From Longimicrobiales bacterium (GTDB taxonomy: Bacteria; Gemmatimonadota; Gemmatimonadetes; Longimicrobiales; Gaopeijiaceae), in contig CBDCKR010000002.1 of assembly GCA_965218325.1 (NCBI GenBank), positions 2,339,869-2,403,868 on the forward strand: a stretch of 64,000 nucleotides of DNA, written 5' to 3'. Made by a program: the position numbers and the translations under genes. Positions 33,954-43,280 of this stretch are shown one piece after another (within the stretch, counting starts at the first letter, position 1; every line of letters begins with the position of its first letter). A model generated the notes under the pieces. That model made no database searches. It worked only from the letters and a program-made list of their open reading frames with translations, and was not told the DNA's origin.

Positions 33954-34634
33954 TCAGGTCTCTATGCGGCAGTCCAGCTTGACCGCTTCCATGCGCACGC
34001 CGGAAAGCGTCGCGATGCGCTTGCGCGCCCGATCCATGACATCGGCGATCGTTTGCGGCTCCGGCGTGGCGGGAGCGCCGACCGCTTCGCCATCCTCCTC
34101 CTCCGCGGCCGGTTCGGCCTCGGTCTCCGCGATCAGCCTTTCGAGCGGGAAGGCGGCGATCGGCGGATACACCGCCGCGAGCCCCGCGCCGGCGCTGGCC
34201 GGGAGACCCCGGTCGTCTTCGTCGAGACCCAGCCACATCCCGAAATCGTCTCGCACCGTCTGCCTGGCGCCGATCCTGGCCGCGCGGGACTCGTCGAACC
34301 GCTTTCGAACTTCCTCTGCGTCGAACCTGTAGACCTCGACGTTCCGCGGATCGTCGCGATCATCCACCGCGGCGACGATGACGATGTCCACGTCATCAAG
34401 CGTTTTCCATTCCGTTCCCTTCTTCAGAGGCTGGAAAGCGAACCACCTGTCCTTCGTAGTGCGGATAGAGACGCGCTTGTGTCGCCCGCTTTCCTCAACC
34501 TCCCAGACATTGGACCGGCCTCGGCCCGGCACCCGCTTGGGTGCGAATCCTGCATCCCCCAGTGCGCGCGTCGCCGCGCCCACTAGTATGCTCCATGTCC
34601 GAGATTCAGACATTTCGTTGAATCGGTTCGACAT
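33954..34634 (-). CDS. Hypothetical protein; N-terminal half possibly PD-(D/E)xK-like, acidic C-terminal tail
   Basis: ATG at 34634. ..ALGDAGF..SNVWEVEESGRHKRVSIRTTKD..VDIVIVAAVDD.. 19 nt upstream of the HNH gene. Confidence 0.4.
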   Translation of the reverse strand: MSNRFNEMSESRTWSILVGAATRALGDAGFAPKRVPGRGRSNVWEVEESGRHKRVSIRTTKDRWFAFQPLKKGTEWKTLDDVDIVIVAAVDDRDDPRNVEVYRFDAEEVRKRFDESRAARIGARQTVRDDFGMWLGLDEDDRGLPASAGAGLAAVYPPIAAFPLERLIAETEAEPAAEEEDGEAVGAPATPEPQTIADVMDRARKRIATLSGVRMEAVKLDCRIET

Positions 34635-34940
34635 AGTGCGCGCTCCAGTGTATGTAGTTGTTGACGTATCCACACACTATATATAATAGAATGAGACCTT
34701 ATGCAAGTGAATATCAGACGGTTTGGCACACTTCGAAACGAATAGCGCACATCGCCTAGGGGTTGATGACAAAAAAGGAGAGTTGCCGCGTCCCTGCGTC
34801 GGCTGCAGCGAGGCCGTATGTCAGACTAAACTGTGGCTAGGTCCAGCTGATGAGGCCTTTGGCGAGACGCACGGTGATGGTCTCGATCCCCACAGAGCAC
34901 AGGCGCCCCACTGACCTGCCCCCAAGAGTGGTACCACATC

Positions 34941-35838
34941 CTATGTTAGTCCCAGCACCTGTGGAGGGCCGTGAAGGACGGGCATCCTCAGGAACCAGGG
35001 CGACGGCTTAATCGCCTCAGGGGCCGGGGGAAAGCCGCCGCAGGCGCTGTGGGGTCGGACGGTATTGTACTCGCGCCTCCATTGCTCGACCAGCACGGCC
35101 GCCTCCGCCAACGAGTAGAAGATCTCCCCGTTCAACAGCTCGTCCCTGAGCTTGCCGTTGAAGCTCTCGTTGTAGCCGTTCTCCCACGGGCTGCCCGGCT
35201 CGATAAAGAGCATCTCGACGCCCACGCGCCCCAACCACCGCCGCACGAGCTTCGCGGTGAACTCCGGTCCGTTGTCCCGACCTCAGATACTCGGGAGGCC
35301 CGTGTCGGACGAACAGATCGGCCAGCACCTCGAGCACGTCGTGCGAGCGGATCTTGCGAGCCACCACGATCGCCAGGCACTCCCTCGTGTGCTCGTCCAG
35401 CACTGTCAGCAGCTTCAGCGCACGCCCGTCGTGCGTCCTCGAGGCCACGAAGTCGTACGACCAGACGTGGCCCCGATACAGCGGCCTCAGCCGGATGCAC
35501 GATCCGTCGTTGAGCCACAGCCGACCTCGCTTCGGCTGCCGCTGCGGGACCTTCAGCCCCTCCTGCCTCCAGATCCGCTCCACCCGCTTGTGGTTCACCC
35601 CCCAGCCCTCGATGCGGAGCATGTCCGTGACGCGTCGGTAGCCGTAGCGGCCGAATCGACTCGCAAGTCGCACGATATCACCTCGGAGCGCCCCCTCGTC
35701 ACTCGCCACTTTCCTCGCCCGGCGCTGGGTCGTGCGTGGCTGCCCGAGCACCCGGCACGCTCTCCTCTCCGACGCCCCGAGCTGCTGACGTACACGCACC
35801 ACACAACGTCGTCGGCGCTCGGGGCTCAGAAGTTTCCC
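34941..35838 (-). pseudogene. IS3 transposase OrfB (rve/DDE), disrupted by a 1-nt insertion near 35270
   Basis: ..HVWSYDFVASRTHDGRALKLLTVLDEHTRECL..HGPPEYLRS, then a frame change to ..MLFIEPGSPWENGYNESFNGKLRDELL..YNTVRPHS. TCGGGACAAC is found where TCGGACAAC (S-D-N) is expected. Confidence 0.85.
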
Positions 35839-36104
35839 TCGGCCGCTTCCTCCAGGATCAGCTTGTCCAGTGTCAAGTCCGCCACTGCTCGCTTCAGGCG
35901 CCCGTTCTCGCGCTCGAGCTCCTTCAGGCGCCGTGCCTGGCTCACCTTCATCCCGCCGTACTCCCGCCTCCACCGGTAGTACGTCTGCTCGGTGATGCCC
36001 AGCTCCCGGCTGATCAGCTTCACGGATTTGCCGCGGGCCAGACCCACCTCTGCCTCCCGCAGTGCAGTGATGATCTGCTCCGGAGTGTGTCGCTTCCTTC
36101 CCAT
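35826..36104 (-). CDS. IS3 transposase OrfA (HTH)
   Basis: MGRKRHTPEQIITALREAEVGLARGKSVKLISRELGITEQTYYRWRREYGG..LKELERENGRLKRAVADL. Confidence 0.9.
   Translation of the reverse strand: MGRKRHTPEQIITALREAEVGLARGKSVKLISRELGITEQTYYRWRREYGGMKVSQARRLKELERENGRLKRAVADLTLDKLILEEAAEGNF
35832..35838 (-). promoter_or_regulatory. Programmed -1 frameshift heptamer G GGA AAC at the orfA/orfB junction
   Basis: GGGAAAC lies 6 nt before the orfA stop. The -1 frame reads GKLLSPERRRRCVV.. into orfB. Confidence 0.6.
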
Positions 36105-36174
36105 CCTGACCTCCTCGCTGAAAAGCTTCAGACCAGGTCGATCCTAACATTGCACCTGGTCTCGTTTCAGGGGG

Positions 36175-36459
36175 TCAGGTCAGCTGGGCGGGTGGGTCGC
36201 GTCGCTCTCTCACTTGGTCGAAGTACCACTCCCGCGTCTTGTCACATCGGGCTAGGTCCCGAGTATCGCTAGCAGAGATCCGAAGCTGACGTGGGATATG
36301 GTGGTTGCCTTCTTTCAGACTATGGGAATATCCAAAATGCGTCTCAAGGATGCCGTCGACATAGATCTTGACCTTCATATGCTTGCTGCCTGATGTCGTA
36401 GCAGCCTTAAGCTTGGTCGCGATCTTTTCGGCTTCGCGTCTGGTGATGTCAATCATCAA
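36175..36459 (-). CDS. Small protein, weakly HicA-like toxin candidate; 3' end abuts and overlaps the IS3 terminus
   Basis: ..GSKHMKVKIYVDGILETHFGYSHSLKEGNHHIPRQLRIS.. The last codons (36175-36182) are IS sequence. 11-nt overlap with the upstream ORF. Confidence 0.3.
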   Translation of the reverse strand: MMIDITRREAEKIATKLKAATTSGSKHMKVKIYVDGILETHFGYSHSLKEGNHHIPRQLRISASDTRDLARCDKTREWYFDQVRERRDPPAQLT

Positions 36460-36841
36460 CGCGACGGATGTATTTTCGGAGCACGGTCAGCTGGCGGGCG
36501 GGGTCTCTCCCGAGCGTTTCTTGGGGCTCGTCCAGGAGGTCTCCGAACAGGTCCACCATCCAATGCACCAACAGCTCATGGGCGTCTTCCCGGCTGCCTC
36601 CTGCAATGGACACGTCGGCCTCTTCAAAGCTGGCGACTACAGACCCGCCCAATTCCTCATAGGCCACTGGAATGGGCCTCAGCAGCTCAAACCGATGGTC
36701 AGGAAGCTCTTGGATGGCGTCAAGGGTAGCTTGTCGGATCAGGCCGGAGATACCCACATATGCCCACGTGGTGGTGTAGGATGGGGTAGTCCGATGGAAA
36801 GGGTCGCCGCTCCATACGACGCTCGTCTCCGTATTTAGCAA
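36449..36841 (-). CDS. Hypothetical protein, possible antitoxin partner (HicB-like pattern)
   Basis: ..VAYEELGGSVVASFEEADVSIAGGSREDAHELLVHWMVDLF.. Overlaps the downstream small ORF. Confidence 0.3.
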   Translation of the reverse strand: MLNTETSVVWSGDPFHRTTPSYTTTWAYVGISGLIRQATLDAIQELPDHRFELLRPIPVAYEELGGSVVASFEEADVSIAGGSREDAHELLVHWMVDLFGDLLDEPQETLGRDPARQLTVLRKYIRRVDD

Positions 36842-36884
36842 CCTGTTGACCGGTTTTTGAGGTGGTGCTGCCGTGTTGTCATTC

Positions 36885-37091
36885 TTAGTATGCAGAGATG
36901 AGGGTGGACGTCGATGTTCGTACTGAGATCTCCCCGCTACCTGTCATGACTGGGCGGCCGTCGTCGTCTCGCTCGATCTCTATTTTTCCCACGACGAGCC
37001 TTACGCGTACCGTGATGCCATCCCTGGTTCGGTACTCATTCCATTCCTCCGAGATCGTCTCAAACGGCTCACGCTTGAAGTTCGTCGTCAT
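36885..37091 (-). CDS. Small hypothetical protein
   Basis: 68-aa ORF in a lower-GC segment (MTTNFKREPFETISEEWNEYRTRDGITVRVRLVVGKIEIE..). No family recognised. Confidence 0.3.
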   Translation of the reverse strand: MTTNFKREPFETISEEWNEYRTRDGITVRVRLVVGKIEIERDDDGRPVMTGSGEISVRTSTSTLISAY

Positions 37092-37393
37092 GGTATCCTG
37101 GCGGGCTGAGGGTCTCTCAAATCACCCCCTCTGGGCAAGAATCCTCACGGTGGGCGCACGCCCGTTAAGGGCATATGCTCCGTTGCGGGTCCTAGGCTAT
37201 AGCAATTAGGGTTGACAGGGGTCAAGTACACATGGTAGTAGCATGTGCTCCATGTCAAGGTGTTTCTCGCGGCGGAACCGCTCTCAGCCCCTCCCCTCCA
37301 CGTACTCCCTGAATACGGCCCTTGAGGCCCGGGCTAGTGTCCTGTTTGATAAATAGGCTTGTATAATAGAAAGTGAGCCGTAGATTGTAGTCT

Positions 37394-37561
37394 ATGGCCA
37401 GACCGCCGAAGGAAACGGTTGTTAGCAAGCGGGACCGGGAGGAGCTCGAAGGGTGGTTGCGAGCAGGCAACACGCCCAAGAAGCTTGCCGAGCGCGCACA
37501 GATTCTTCTGGGATTCGCCGACGGAGAGACCTCCACCGAGATCGCCGAGCGGCTGGGTCTA
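37394..37561 (+). pseudogene. IS630-family orf1 N-terminal (HTH) fragment
   Basis: MARPPKETVVSKRDREELEGWLRAGNTPKKLAERAQILLGFADGETSTEIAERLGL. Runs in frame straight into the IS110 fragment. Confidence 0.6.
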
Positions 37562-38030
37562 ATGGAAGAGGTTAGCCTCATCGGGATCGATCTGGCAAAG
37601 CGCAGCTTTCAGGTGCACGGGGCGAGGGCGGACGGGTCGGTGGCGTACCGCAGGAAGCTGAGCCGCGGGAAGCTGCTGAGCTTTCTGGCCTCGCAGCCGC
37701 CGTGCACGGTGGCGATGGAGGCCTGCGCCGGCGCCCACTACTGGGGCCGACAGATCGTGGCGCTCGGCCACGAAGTGAGGCTGGTCCCCCCGATCTACGT
37801 GAAGCCCTTCGTCAAGCGTAGCAAGAACGACGCAGCCGACGCGGAGGCGATCACGGAAACGGCGCAGCGACCGACCATGCACTTCGTGGCGGTCAAGACC
37901 GAGGCACAGCAGGCGCAGGGGATGCTCTTTCGCACGCGCGACCTGCTGGTGCGCCAGCGCACGCAGACGATCAACGCGCTTCGGGGTCACCTGGCCGAGT
38001 ACGGCGTCGTGGCTCCGCAGGGCAGGGCAG
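37562..38030 (+). pseudogene. IS110-family transposase N-terminal fragment (DEDD domain), 3'-truncated
   Basis: MEEVSLIGIDLAKRSFQVHGA..CTVAMEACAGAHYWGRQ..LVPPIYVKPFVKRSKNDAADAEAI..LVRQRTQTINALRGHLAEYGVV. The C-terminal domain is missing. Confidence 0.75.
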
Positions 38031-38084
38031 TGATTTCGCGACCTGTGACGACGGCGGGGATTCCCGCCATCCGACCCCCTTTTT

Positions 38085-38181
38085 CCCGCTATCGCGACAC
38101 GGTGACATCAGGTGCGGCCCAACGGCAAGAGTGGCAGATCGTGCAGCCCTGATTGAACTTACGTGATCTCCTGCCGTGATT
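38085..38181 (+). repeat. Hairpin repeat family, copy 4
   Basis: ..ACGGCAAGAGTGGCAGATCGTGCAGCCCTGATTGAACTTACGTGATCTCCTGCCGTGATT. About 90% identical to copy 2. Confidence 0.7.
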
Positions 38182-38219
38182 CGGACCTTGGTCACTCCGC
38201 CTACGAGGCGGACGGTTCT

Positions 38220-38819
38220 CTAACGGATCTCGGGTCCGTCCTGTCGATCATCGGCGACGAACCGGTCGCGGGCCGGCATCATGACCGCAGGCAGGGTCTC
38301 GGCATCCATCACCGCGTCATCCGACACGATACCGTTCAGGTTGAGGAGGTAGGCGACGACCGCGTACGTCTCGTCTGCGGTGAGGATTCCGGGGGTGAGC
38401 TGGGGCATCGCTCTCCGGATGTAGTCGTACAAGGTCGTTGCGTACGGCCAATAGCCGCCAATAGTGCGGGCCCCCGGCCACTCCTCCCACGGGGCCGTGC
38501 CTACCAAGACATCGTAGGGGCCCTCGGTCCCGGTCGGTCCGTGGCACACGGCACAATGGGCCTCATACACGACCTCCCCTTCCGCCACCGTCCCGCTCCC
38601 CTCGGGGAGCCCTTCCCCGTCCGGCTTGACGTCGATATCCCAGAGAGAGATGCGCTCCTCCGAGGCCTCCGAACCGAACGAGAAGCGCTCGGGTGCCTCC
38701 GAGTGAAGCGGATACGGGGTTCCCACCCTCGTTTCGAGGGTCGGCGCCCCGTTCCCCGATCCAACGATCTCGCAAGCGACTAGGATCAGCGACACCCCAG
38801 CAGCGACTACGCTCTTCAC
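38220..38819 (-). CDS. sorB: Monoheme cytochrome c subunit of sulfite dehydrogenase (SorB-like), lipoprotein-type signal
   Basis: GTG at 38819 overlaps the sorA stop (GTGA). LILVAC lipobox. Heme motif CAVCHG. Confidence 0.7.
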   Translation of the reverse strand: MKSVVAAGVSLILVACEIVGSGNGAPTLETRVGTPYPLHSEAPERFSFGSEASEERISLWDIDVKPDGEGLPEGSGTVAEGEVVYEAHCAVCHGPTGTEGPYDVLVGTAPWEEWPGARTIGGYWPYATTLYDYIRRAMPQLTPGILTADETYAVVAYLLNLNGIVSDDAVMDAETLPAVMMPARDRFVADDRQDGPEIR

Positions 38820-40072
38820 ACGAGATCTCCCAGTCCGAATGACACCTCTCCGGTCGATGCGACCTTCCAAGCGCGCTGATGATTGTGATGATAGGACGTC
38901 CGCTCTCCCCGAGCATCCCAGAGTTGGTGCACCGTAGGCTGCACGTACCCCGTCTCATCCGTGGCGCGGCTCAGGATCAGTGCCTCATCGCCATTCCATG
39001 CCCAGAGGTGCCGGAATCGGACAGTCGACTTCGGCAGGACCGGCTGCTGGAGCTCGGCGTCAGCCCAGCTGCGGCCTCCATCCGTGCTGACCTCGACGCG
39101 GGTGATGCGGCCACGACCGGTCCACGCGAGACCCTTGATCTCCCACCACCCGCGATCCGGCAGGACGTAGGGGTACGACGGGAAGGTGATGACCGACTTG
39201 GCATCCATTACGAAGCTGAACTGGCGGGCCGTGCCACCACGCAGCGGATCCGTGTACTTCGACGTCTCGTCCCGGGTCATCGTCGGCCGATCCGTGATCT
39301 CGAGGCGGCGAAGCCACTTCACGCTGATGTTCCCCTCCCAGCCCGGCAGAAAGAGACGCAGCGGATACCCCTGTTCGGGCCGGATCGCTTCTCCGTTTTG
39401 CCCGTAGGCAAGGAGTGCATCGTCCATCGCCTTGTCCAGCGGCACGCTCCGGGACATGAGGGCCGCGTCCCCGCTTTCGGCCAGGATCCAACTTGCCCCC
39501 GGGCGCACTCCGAGCTCCCGCAGCACCCATGCGAGCGGGACGCCGGTCCACTCACTCGTGCTGAGAAGACCGTCGAGCGCCTGGACCGTGACTTCGGTGG
39601 GCATCCGATCGCGATTGTAGGCCCCTCCTCCGTTGCCGGAGCACTCCAGAAAGTAGATCTGAGAGACGCTCGGGTAGCGCTTCAGGTCGGCAATCCGGAA
39701 CACCATGGGACGATCGACCATGCCATGAATCAGGAGCTCGTGGTCTTCAGCGACAATGTTGGGGACGCCCGCGTGGTGCCGTTCGAAGTGCAGATCGGCA
39801 GGGGTGATGATCCCGTTCAGATCCTGCAGTGGGGTACGCGACGAGCTGGACGGCTCCCGATTCCGGACGAGCCGCCGCAGCTGCTCACCGGGGGCTCTCA
39901 CGCCGACTTCGGAGGTCGGACGTCCGGGCGCCTTGCTCGGATCGGGCGGACTCGCGGGGGCTTCCTGGGCCCCCAGCCTCATCGCATCCGCTTGCGTCCG
40001 GAGCAGGCCCGCCGCGACTACGCCAGAGGTGGTCGTGAGCCAGGCGCGTCGAGACAGCTTGGATCGGTCCAT
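38816..40072 (-). CDS. sorA: Sulfite oxidase-family molybdopterin oxidoreductase (SorA/SoxC-like), Tat signal
   Basis: MDRSKLSRRAWLTTTSGVVAAGLL (twin-arginine). ..HFERHHAGVP..YFLECSGNGG..GYPLRLFLPGWEGNISVKWLRRLE.. plus a dimerisation domain. Confidence 0.85.
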   Translation of the reverse strand: MDRSKLSRRAWLTTTSGVVAAGLLRTQADAMRLGAQEAPASPPDPSKAPGRPTSEVGVRAPGEQLRRLVRNREPSSSSRTPLQDLNGIITPADLHFERHHAGVPNIVAEDHELLIHGMVDRPMVFRIADLKRYPSVSQIYFLECSGNGGGAYNRDRMPTEVTVQALDGLLSTSEWTGVPLAWVLRELGVRPGASWILAESGDAALMSRSVPLDKAMDDALLAYGQNGEAIRPEQGYPLRLFLPGWEGNISVKWLRRLEITDRPTMTRDETSKYTDPLRGGTARQFSFVMDAKSVITFPSYPYVLPDRGWWEIKGLAWTGRGRITRVEVSTDGGRSWADAELQQPVLPKSTVRFRHLWAWNGDEALILSRATDETGYVQPTVHQLWDARGERTSYHHNHQRAWKVASTGEVSFGLGDLV

Positions 40073-40434
40073 GTGCAGGCTCCGTGGTCCCTTCAGGTGT
40101 AGGAGAATCGCCCAAACCTGCGACAAGAACCGTCCAGGGACAAGAAAGATGTACGGACCGTAGCGTCCACCCCCCACCCCGCTTTCCTACGAGCCGAGGA
40201 AGCACGGTCCGAAGCGCACCGACGCCCAAGCGTGCGGAGAACGCTGCCTACCCTCAGGGCAGCGCGCCACCCCCCTGACTCTACCGGAAAAGCGTGTGAA
40301 CAGCCGAAACAGAACCTATACAGCCGATTCGATCATCGCGACGACGCACCTGGACGCCACGTTCTCGCCCGCTGACTGTCATACTACTCTTATCTGCGAC
40401 GCAGTTCTGGAGGCGTCCGACGCGGAGATTGCCG

Positions 40435-41964
40435 ATGCGCGCCAAGCTCGGTCATAACAATGCCCAGTTCCTGGGCTTCGACGTCCACCGCTCCGTCTTC
40501 GTCATCTCCAGCCTCACCATCATCGCGTTCGTAGCCGGAGTGCTCGCGTTCCGGAACGAGGCCGCGGGCGCCTTCGAAGCGTTGTACGCCTGGCTAACCT
40601 CCACGTTCGACTGGGTGTTCATGGCCGCTGGCAACGTCTTCGTCCTCTTCTGCTTGCTGCTGCTCGTGACGCCCCTCGGTCGCGTCCGCCTGGGTGGTCC
40701 GGACGCCGAGCCGGACTACAGCACCTGGTCGTGGTTCGCCATGGTGTTTGCGGCTGGCATCGGCATCGGCTTGATGTTCTTCGGCGTGGCGGAACCGGTC
40801 GAGCACTTCCGGAATCCGCCGCTCGGTGTCGACCCTGCGGACACCGCCGCCGCGCACCGGCTGGCCATCGTCTCCGCGATCTTTCACTGGGGCGTGCATC
40901 CGTGGGCCATGTTCGCGGTCGTCGCGCTCGCGCTTGCCTTCGCCGCCTACAACCTCGGGTTGCCGCTGACTCTGCGGTCAGCGTTCTACCCGGTTCTGGG
41001 CGACGCAGTGTGGGGCGGTTTCGGCGACGTCATCGACATCCTCGCCGTGTTCGCCACGCTGTTCGGGTTGGCGACCTCGCTCGGCCTGGGCGCCGAGCAG
41101 ATTGTGGCAGGATTGGATTTTCTGTTCGGCGTGCCGGCGACCGACACGACCATGGTACTGGTGATCGCCGCCATCACGTCCGTCGCAATGGCGTCGGTGG
41201 TCGCGGGAATGGACAAGGGCATCAAGCGCCTGAGCCAAGCCAACCTGCTCCTGGCCCTGCTCCTACTTGCCTTCGTGCTGGCGGTCGGGCCGACCCTCGA
41301 CCTGTTCGTTGGGTTCGTCGCTAGCCTCGGCCACTATCTCGCGGCGCTCGGACCGCTCAGCAACTGGGTGGGCCGCGACGATGTCGATTTCGTGCACGGC
41401 TGGACCACTTTCTTCTGGGCGTGGTGGCTCTCCTGGTCACCCTTCGTCGGCATGTTCATCGCCCAGATCTCGCGAGGCCGCACGGTGCGCGGCCTCGTCG
41501 GCTGCATGCTGGTCGTCCCGGTGGTGATCTCCGCGCTCTGGATGAACGTGTTCGGCGCGACCGCGCTGTCGCACTATCTCGACGGAGGCCATACCGAAGT
41601 CATCGATGCGGTGCAGGCGCAGCGGCCGGAGCTGGCCCTGTTCAGGATGCTGGAGGTGCTACCGCTCGGCGGCATTACCTCGTGCATCGGCATCGTCCTA
41701 GTGGTCGTCTTCTTCGTCACCTCCTCCGATTCCGGATCGCTGGTGATCGACACTATCACCGCTGGCGGCAAGCTCGACGCGCCGATCAGACAGCGCGTCT
41801 TCTGGTGCGCGTTCGAAGGCATCGTCGCGATCACCCTGCTGCTCGGCGGCGGGCTGGTGGCGCTGCAGACGGCCGCTCTCACCACCGGGTTCCCCATCTC
41901 GCTCGTGCTGATCGCGATGTGCTACAGTACCTGGAAGGGGCTGCGCGCCGTCCGGCGAGACTGA
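40435..41964 (+). CDS. BCCT-family (betaine/carnitine/choline) transporter
   Basis: Twelve hydrophobic segments. Signature WTTFFWAWWLSWSPFVGMFIAQISRGRTVR. Confidence 0.9.
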   Translation: MRAKLGHNNAQFLGFDVHRSVFVISSLTIIAFVAGVLAFRNEAAGAFEALYAWLTSTFDWVFMAAGNVFVLFCLLLLVTPLGRVRLGGPDAEPDYSTWSWFAMVFAAGIGIGLMFFGVAEPVEHFRNPPLGVDPADTAAAHRLAIVSAIFHWGVHPWAMFAVVALALAFAAYNLGLPLTLRSAFYPVLGDAVWGGFGDVIDILAVFATLFGLATSLGLGAEQIVAGLDFLFGVPATDTTMVLVIAAITSVAMASVVAGMDKGIKRLSQANLLLALLLLAFVLAVGPTLDLFVGFVASLGHYLAALGPLSNWVGRDDVDFVHGWTTFFWAWWLSWSPFVGMFIAQISRGRTVRGLVGCMLVVPVVISALWMNVFGATALSHYLDGGHTEVIDAVQAQRPELALFRMLEVLPLGGITSCIGIVLVVVFFVTSSDSGSLVIDTITAGGKLDAPIRQRVFWCAFEGIVAITLLLGGGLVALQTAALTTGFPISLVLIAMCYSTWKGLRAVRRD

Positions 41965-43280
41965 GGTAGTGGAGGCGGCCTATGGGCGTACCGGCATGTT
42001 CGAGCGCCGGCGTCGAGGTCGGGCCCCCCTCTGGGTTCAGTCCCAGCCGCCGTCGGAGTACAAAGACGACTGCGGCCGATCGCCGATCCTTGCGCCGCTG
42101 TCGACCCAGACGGTGCGGTCGACGCCAGCCGCCCCGGCAACGCCCACCAAGACGACCGTCGTGGATGGACCTGCCGACGCCTTCTTGAAGGCACTCGCGA
42201 GCGCGTGGGTGCAAGTACAGGAGACGTGGTCGCGGTGTGCGTCGCCACGGAGGTCCGACCGGTTCCTCCTCACCAGTCTTCCCGTGTCTTCTCCAACCGC
42301 GTCCGCAAGCTTGTCGGCTTGGACATCACCTGCGGCGGTGAGGGTCTTCGCCTGGCACCAAATCGCATGATTGCCGCGACCTCGACGCCATGGGGTCGGC
42401 TTCTTCGTCTAGAATTACGGCACCCGTTGGCGCGCTCAATGCGCGATTTCGCGTCAACCGCACTGGCCAAGCGATGCGACGGTCGGCGGCACTCCCGCGG
42501 AATCGACCGCCTCCCTCTTATGGTAGGGGGCAAGCCGGTCAATCTCCACGATCGTATCCGGTCAGCTCCCGCACCCACCGGTACGCATTCGCCTGGGACA
42601 TCAGCCGCCCGGGCACCCGTCACCACGCGCACACGGGTTTCGAGCCTTTCCGCCTCTGCGGTGAGAGCGGGATCTCAGGTCGCGGGCCGGTGCTGGCAAG
42701 TTGGCCGGACGCGGTGCCGTCCCAAGGGCGTTACTACGACCGATAGCCGCCGCACCTGTGGCCGCCCGAGAGGAGCCTCCGCGTTGTGGCAGCCCACCCT
42801 AGGCCGTTACCGTAAGCCATGCCCACACGAAGGGCCGCACAGATGCGCCGCTCCGGCGCCACAGGCGGAGGGCTGCCATGACCCGCGGCGCCGCCACCGG
42901 CGTCCGGCCAGGAATCCACCCGCAACTTCGAAGCGGGCGTGCTCTCCGCGGCTGGAGAATCATGCGGAACCCCTCGACCCAGGGGGGCGACTCCCGTTCG
43001 GTCACCAGGAGCCGGACGCCCACGACAGCTTGGGCCACTCCGACCTCGACGGCTGCATCAACGTCAGCAGCACCCTCTTGGAAAACCACAAGAATTCACC
43101 GTCGACGCCGCAGTCTATCGTCTCGACGGTATGGCGTCCTCGGGCCCGGAAACTCCTAGCCCCCGTGCCGCCAGCGCCTTGGTCCTGCACCCGGCAGCTC
43201 GTGCCGCCATCAGCTTGCCGGAGCCTGCCAAGGTCAGGCGTCTGCCTAGTCTCCTAGCCAGTAGATCGGACTTACTCAAC

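Larger units (their letters stand above)
34912..36182 (-). mobile_element. IS3-family insertion sequence (1271 bp)
   Basis: Imperfect inverted repeats TGACCTGCCCCCAAGAGTGGTACC (34912-) and the complement of TGACCTGACCCCCTGAAACGAGACC (-36182). orfA/orfB with a slippery site. Confidence 0.9.
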
